A stretch of 64,000 nt of DNA from Chiloscyllium plagiosum (taxonomy: Eukaryota). This document shows positions 61,295 through 64,000 of this stretch, in pieces (the stretch's first letter is position 1; every line of letters begins with the position of its first letter). The translations under genes were made by a program, and so were the position numbers. The notes beneath the pieces were generated by a model, which did not search any database, was not told the DNA's origin, and saw only the letters and a program-made list of their open reading frames with translations. The stretch spans positions 32,132,791 to 32,196,790 of the forward strand of contig NC_057718.1 of NCBI RefSeq assembly GCF_004010195.1. Direction: 5' to 3'.

Positions 61295-62232
61295 AACAAA
61301 AACTGCCAGATGCTGGAATCCAAGATAGACAAGCGAGAGGCTGGAAGAACACAGCAAGCCAAGCAGCATCAGGAGATGGAGAAGTCAACATTTCAGGTCT
61401 AACACGTCTCTAGAACTGGGGTTGGGTGTAAGGGGAGCTGCAGATAAAGGGGGGATGGGTGTTTGGGGGAGTGATGAGGGAGGGATAGATGAACACCAGT
61501 AAAGGGTACGACTGGTTGGCCGATGAGAGGAATGAATCCAGTTGGTAGCAGGAAGGAAGGGTCAATGAGAGGAATGGAAGGGAGGGGGAGGGGCTGGGAA
61601 GGCAGTCGGGGGATGGGAAATAAATTGAATTTATTGAAGGGAGGTTATTTGAAATGGCAGAACTCAGTGTTGAGTCCTTCAAGCTGTAGGCTGCCCAGGC
61701 GGAAGATGAAGTGTTGTTCCTCCAATTTGTGGTCTGATTTGTTGTGGCAATGGAGGAGGCCAAAGATGGTCATGTCAGAAAGGGAGTTGGAAGGAGAATT
61801 AAAATGGGCGGTGATTGGGAGGTCAGGTTGGGCCCGATGGGCCGGGCTGAGATGCTCGGTGAACTGTTCCTAAGTTTATGTTTGATCTCCCAGATGTAGA
61901 GAAGACCACATCGGGAGCACCGGATACAGTAAACTAGGTTGGAGGAGGCAGGTGAACCTCTGTTTCACCTGGAAGGACTGTTTGGGGGCCTGGATAGAGG
62001 TTTGGGGGGGGTGGGGTATACTGGCAGGTTTAACATCTTTTCTGGTTGCAGGTGAAGGTACCTGGGGGTGTGGGGGTGGGGATTGGTGGGGAGAGTGGTG
62101 CTAACCAAGGATTGGCACAGGTAACAATCCTTGTGGAAGGCAGAGAGGGGTGGGGTGGAGAAGATGTTCTTGGTGGTGCGGTCTAATTGAAGTTGGCGGA
62201 AATGTTTAAGGATGACATGCTGGAAATGTGTA
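61295..62232 (-). mobile_element. Penelope-like element 3' part (GIY-YIG + terminus), decayed
   Basis: ILKHFRQLQLDRTTKNIF.PPLSAFHKD; SNLVYCIRCSRCGLLYI; C-rich 3' region; terminal repeat matches 20830-20906. Confidence 0.9.
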
Positions 62233-64000
62233 AGCATAAATGCAAATATTAAGTGTGGCTCAAGACTCAGGTAGCTGTTCATTTATGTTCTCATTTGGTT
62301 TCTTCTTGTTTCTGTTAACCAGTCTTCCCCTCTGTAATTTTCTCTTGAAACCCAGTTCTTTTGGACTGTTCTCCAGGTACCCTGTAGTATTTTACATACT
62401 TTTTTTTAATGTGTCAATATCATCATTGAATTTCAGCAGGTTATTCAGTAATGGGGTTAACTGAAGTGTGTGTAGGCTTGTCTTCACTGGAATTACACAA
62501 GGATATTTTCCAAAAAACATGAGCCAGTCCGACTTAGTTTCTTTGGATTAAGTTGCAAGTGGATCAATTTACTGTATGTCCTGTGCAGTTCCTAGGCCCA
62601 CTGTACAACCAGGTGCCCAATCAATTGTGCCACTTTGTCCTCAACGGTATGTTTCACTTGGTCCTGGATCTCAGCCAGTACATGTGCACTTTGGTATTCT
62701 TTTGCAAATTGTCAAATAAAGGGTGTTAACTCTCGAGTTAAATTCAGGTAATTTGGCAATTCATTCTTTGGCTTTGACATAGTTTCAAAGTAGAAAATTC
62801 ATATCAGTCTGTCAATGTTGCTAGGCATTGAGTCAAACATAAAAGACTTCAGATAGCGATCTTGTACTTTTCAAGATGAATGACCTTCACCAACTAGCTT
62901 CAAGTACCAACTACAAATAGTTGGAGTTTTGTTCCATTAAGGGTGGTCATTTTGTAAAACATGAAATAAACAAGCATTGAGGATTTTGCAAGCTCTGCAA
63001 TTTGCATTGAAAGAATAATTTCATATCTTGTGTTTGACTTTCTAAACAACTGAATATTCTCTATTCCCTGTTTTGAAAAGCAATTGGTAATCAATGCATT
63101 TATATAAAGTACAAATAAATATTGATGTCTGATATCTAACATACACCATCCCACATCAATGTAATGCATTGCAGTAAATATGAAAAGGGAGTAACAGCCA
63201 ATTTCTGCTCATTTTTCTGATCTTGATTATCTCGTCTCTGTGGAGATGCAAGTGATTTATAAATATTTATAAAAACCTTCACTCAACAAGTTGCTGTGCA
63301 TGAGGACCTGGCCCAGAACTGACCAGCCTACTCATCCTCAACCACCCCCACAGCACTGAGAAGACAGAAATGTCAAATGTTAATGGAACTTTGGCATTTG
63401 AACCTAAGTCAAGAGCGTAATTGTAGTTTAGTGCCTGTGTAGCTTCAAGTTGATGGATGATTTTGGGTATAATCCAGTCAGTGGCTGTTTTCAGTTTGAC
63501 ACTTCCCGTTATTGCTGAATGAACATGCAGCTGAAGATTGGTAGAACACTGTTGGTAAGGACAGCACATAGTAATGATACAGAAATTGACACCATCATGA
63601 TGCACTCTGTGGAGGCTAATACATGTAGAGCATTCACTCAAGTGACACGCTAGCTTGTGAAACTTCCGTCCAGAAAGAAATAAATGAACAAACAAGAATA
63701 TTATAAATCAAAAATAATTGATGGTGTATCCTCTGAAATTTCCTGAGCCTTTGAAAACAGAACATGGTGATGTTTGCTATCATTAGTTATGTTTTCGAAT
63801 GTTGAGAGTTGCAGCTGTTTTGTTCTTCTTGTCTGATATATCATGGCACGTTTGTCACTTCATTCCGTAATTCTTATCACTGCTATTTTATTTTTAAAGA
63901 GGCAATAGCAGGCATTTCAAAGTCATTCCCACTTAAAAAACAAACACTCTAGTCTGTGCAAAATGTTGCAGTTTTATTCTGATTGAAGGCTGGAATGCAA

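Noticed and set aside
1..64000. Prokaryotic operon, CRISPR, endogenous virus or LTR retroelement
   Set aside because: No gene-dense segments, repeat-spacer arrays, gag/integrase/env or viral motifs were recognised; all long ORFs are explained by non-LTR or DNA transposon relics

Overview
This is eukaryotic, vertebrate-type DNA, almost certainly from an elasmobranch (shark/ray), judged by the abundant HE1-type V-SINEs, their CR1/HER1 LINE partners and SacSINE1-like Deu-SINEs. The window is an intergenic or large-intron region dominated by decayed retrotransposons. No host protein-coding gene could be identified; only weak single-exon candidates exist, the best being a 38-nt exon at 42110-42147. 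Main contents: (1) a full-length, TSD-bounded, inactivated L1-clade LINE (~29013-36925), inserted into an old CR1 and itself invaded by one CR1 and two HE1 SINEs; (2) several CR1 LINE copies, including a nearly complete ORF2 at 23720-26741; (3) several Penelope-like elements (PLEs) and short PLE-terminus derivatives carrying minimal type I hammerhead ribozyme motifs with family-specific, co-varying stems, some arranged as long palindromes; (4) at least three decayed PIF/Harbinger Myb/SANT-like ORF relics; (5) Deu-domain SINEs, Tigger-like MITEs, and L2, Rex/Babar and Crack-like fragments; (6) one 434-nt assembly gap. All family assignments come from motif recognition by eye, not database searches. 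Boundaries of old elements are approximate.
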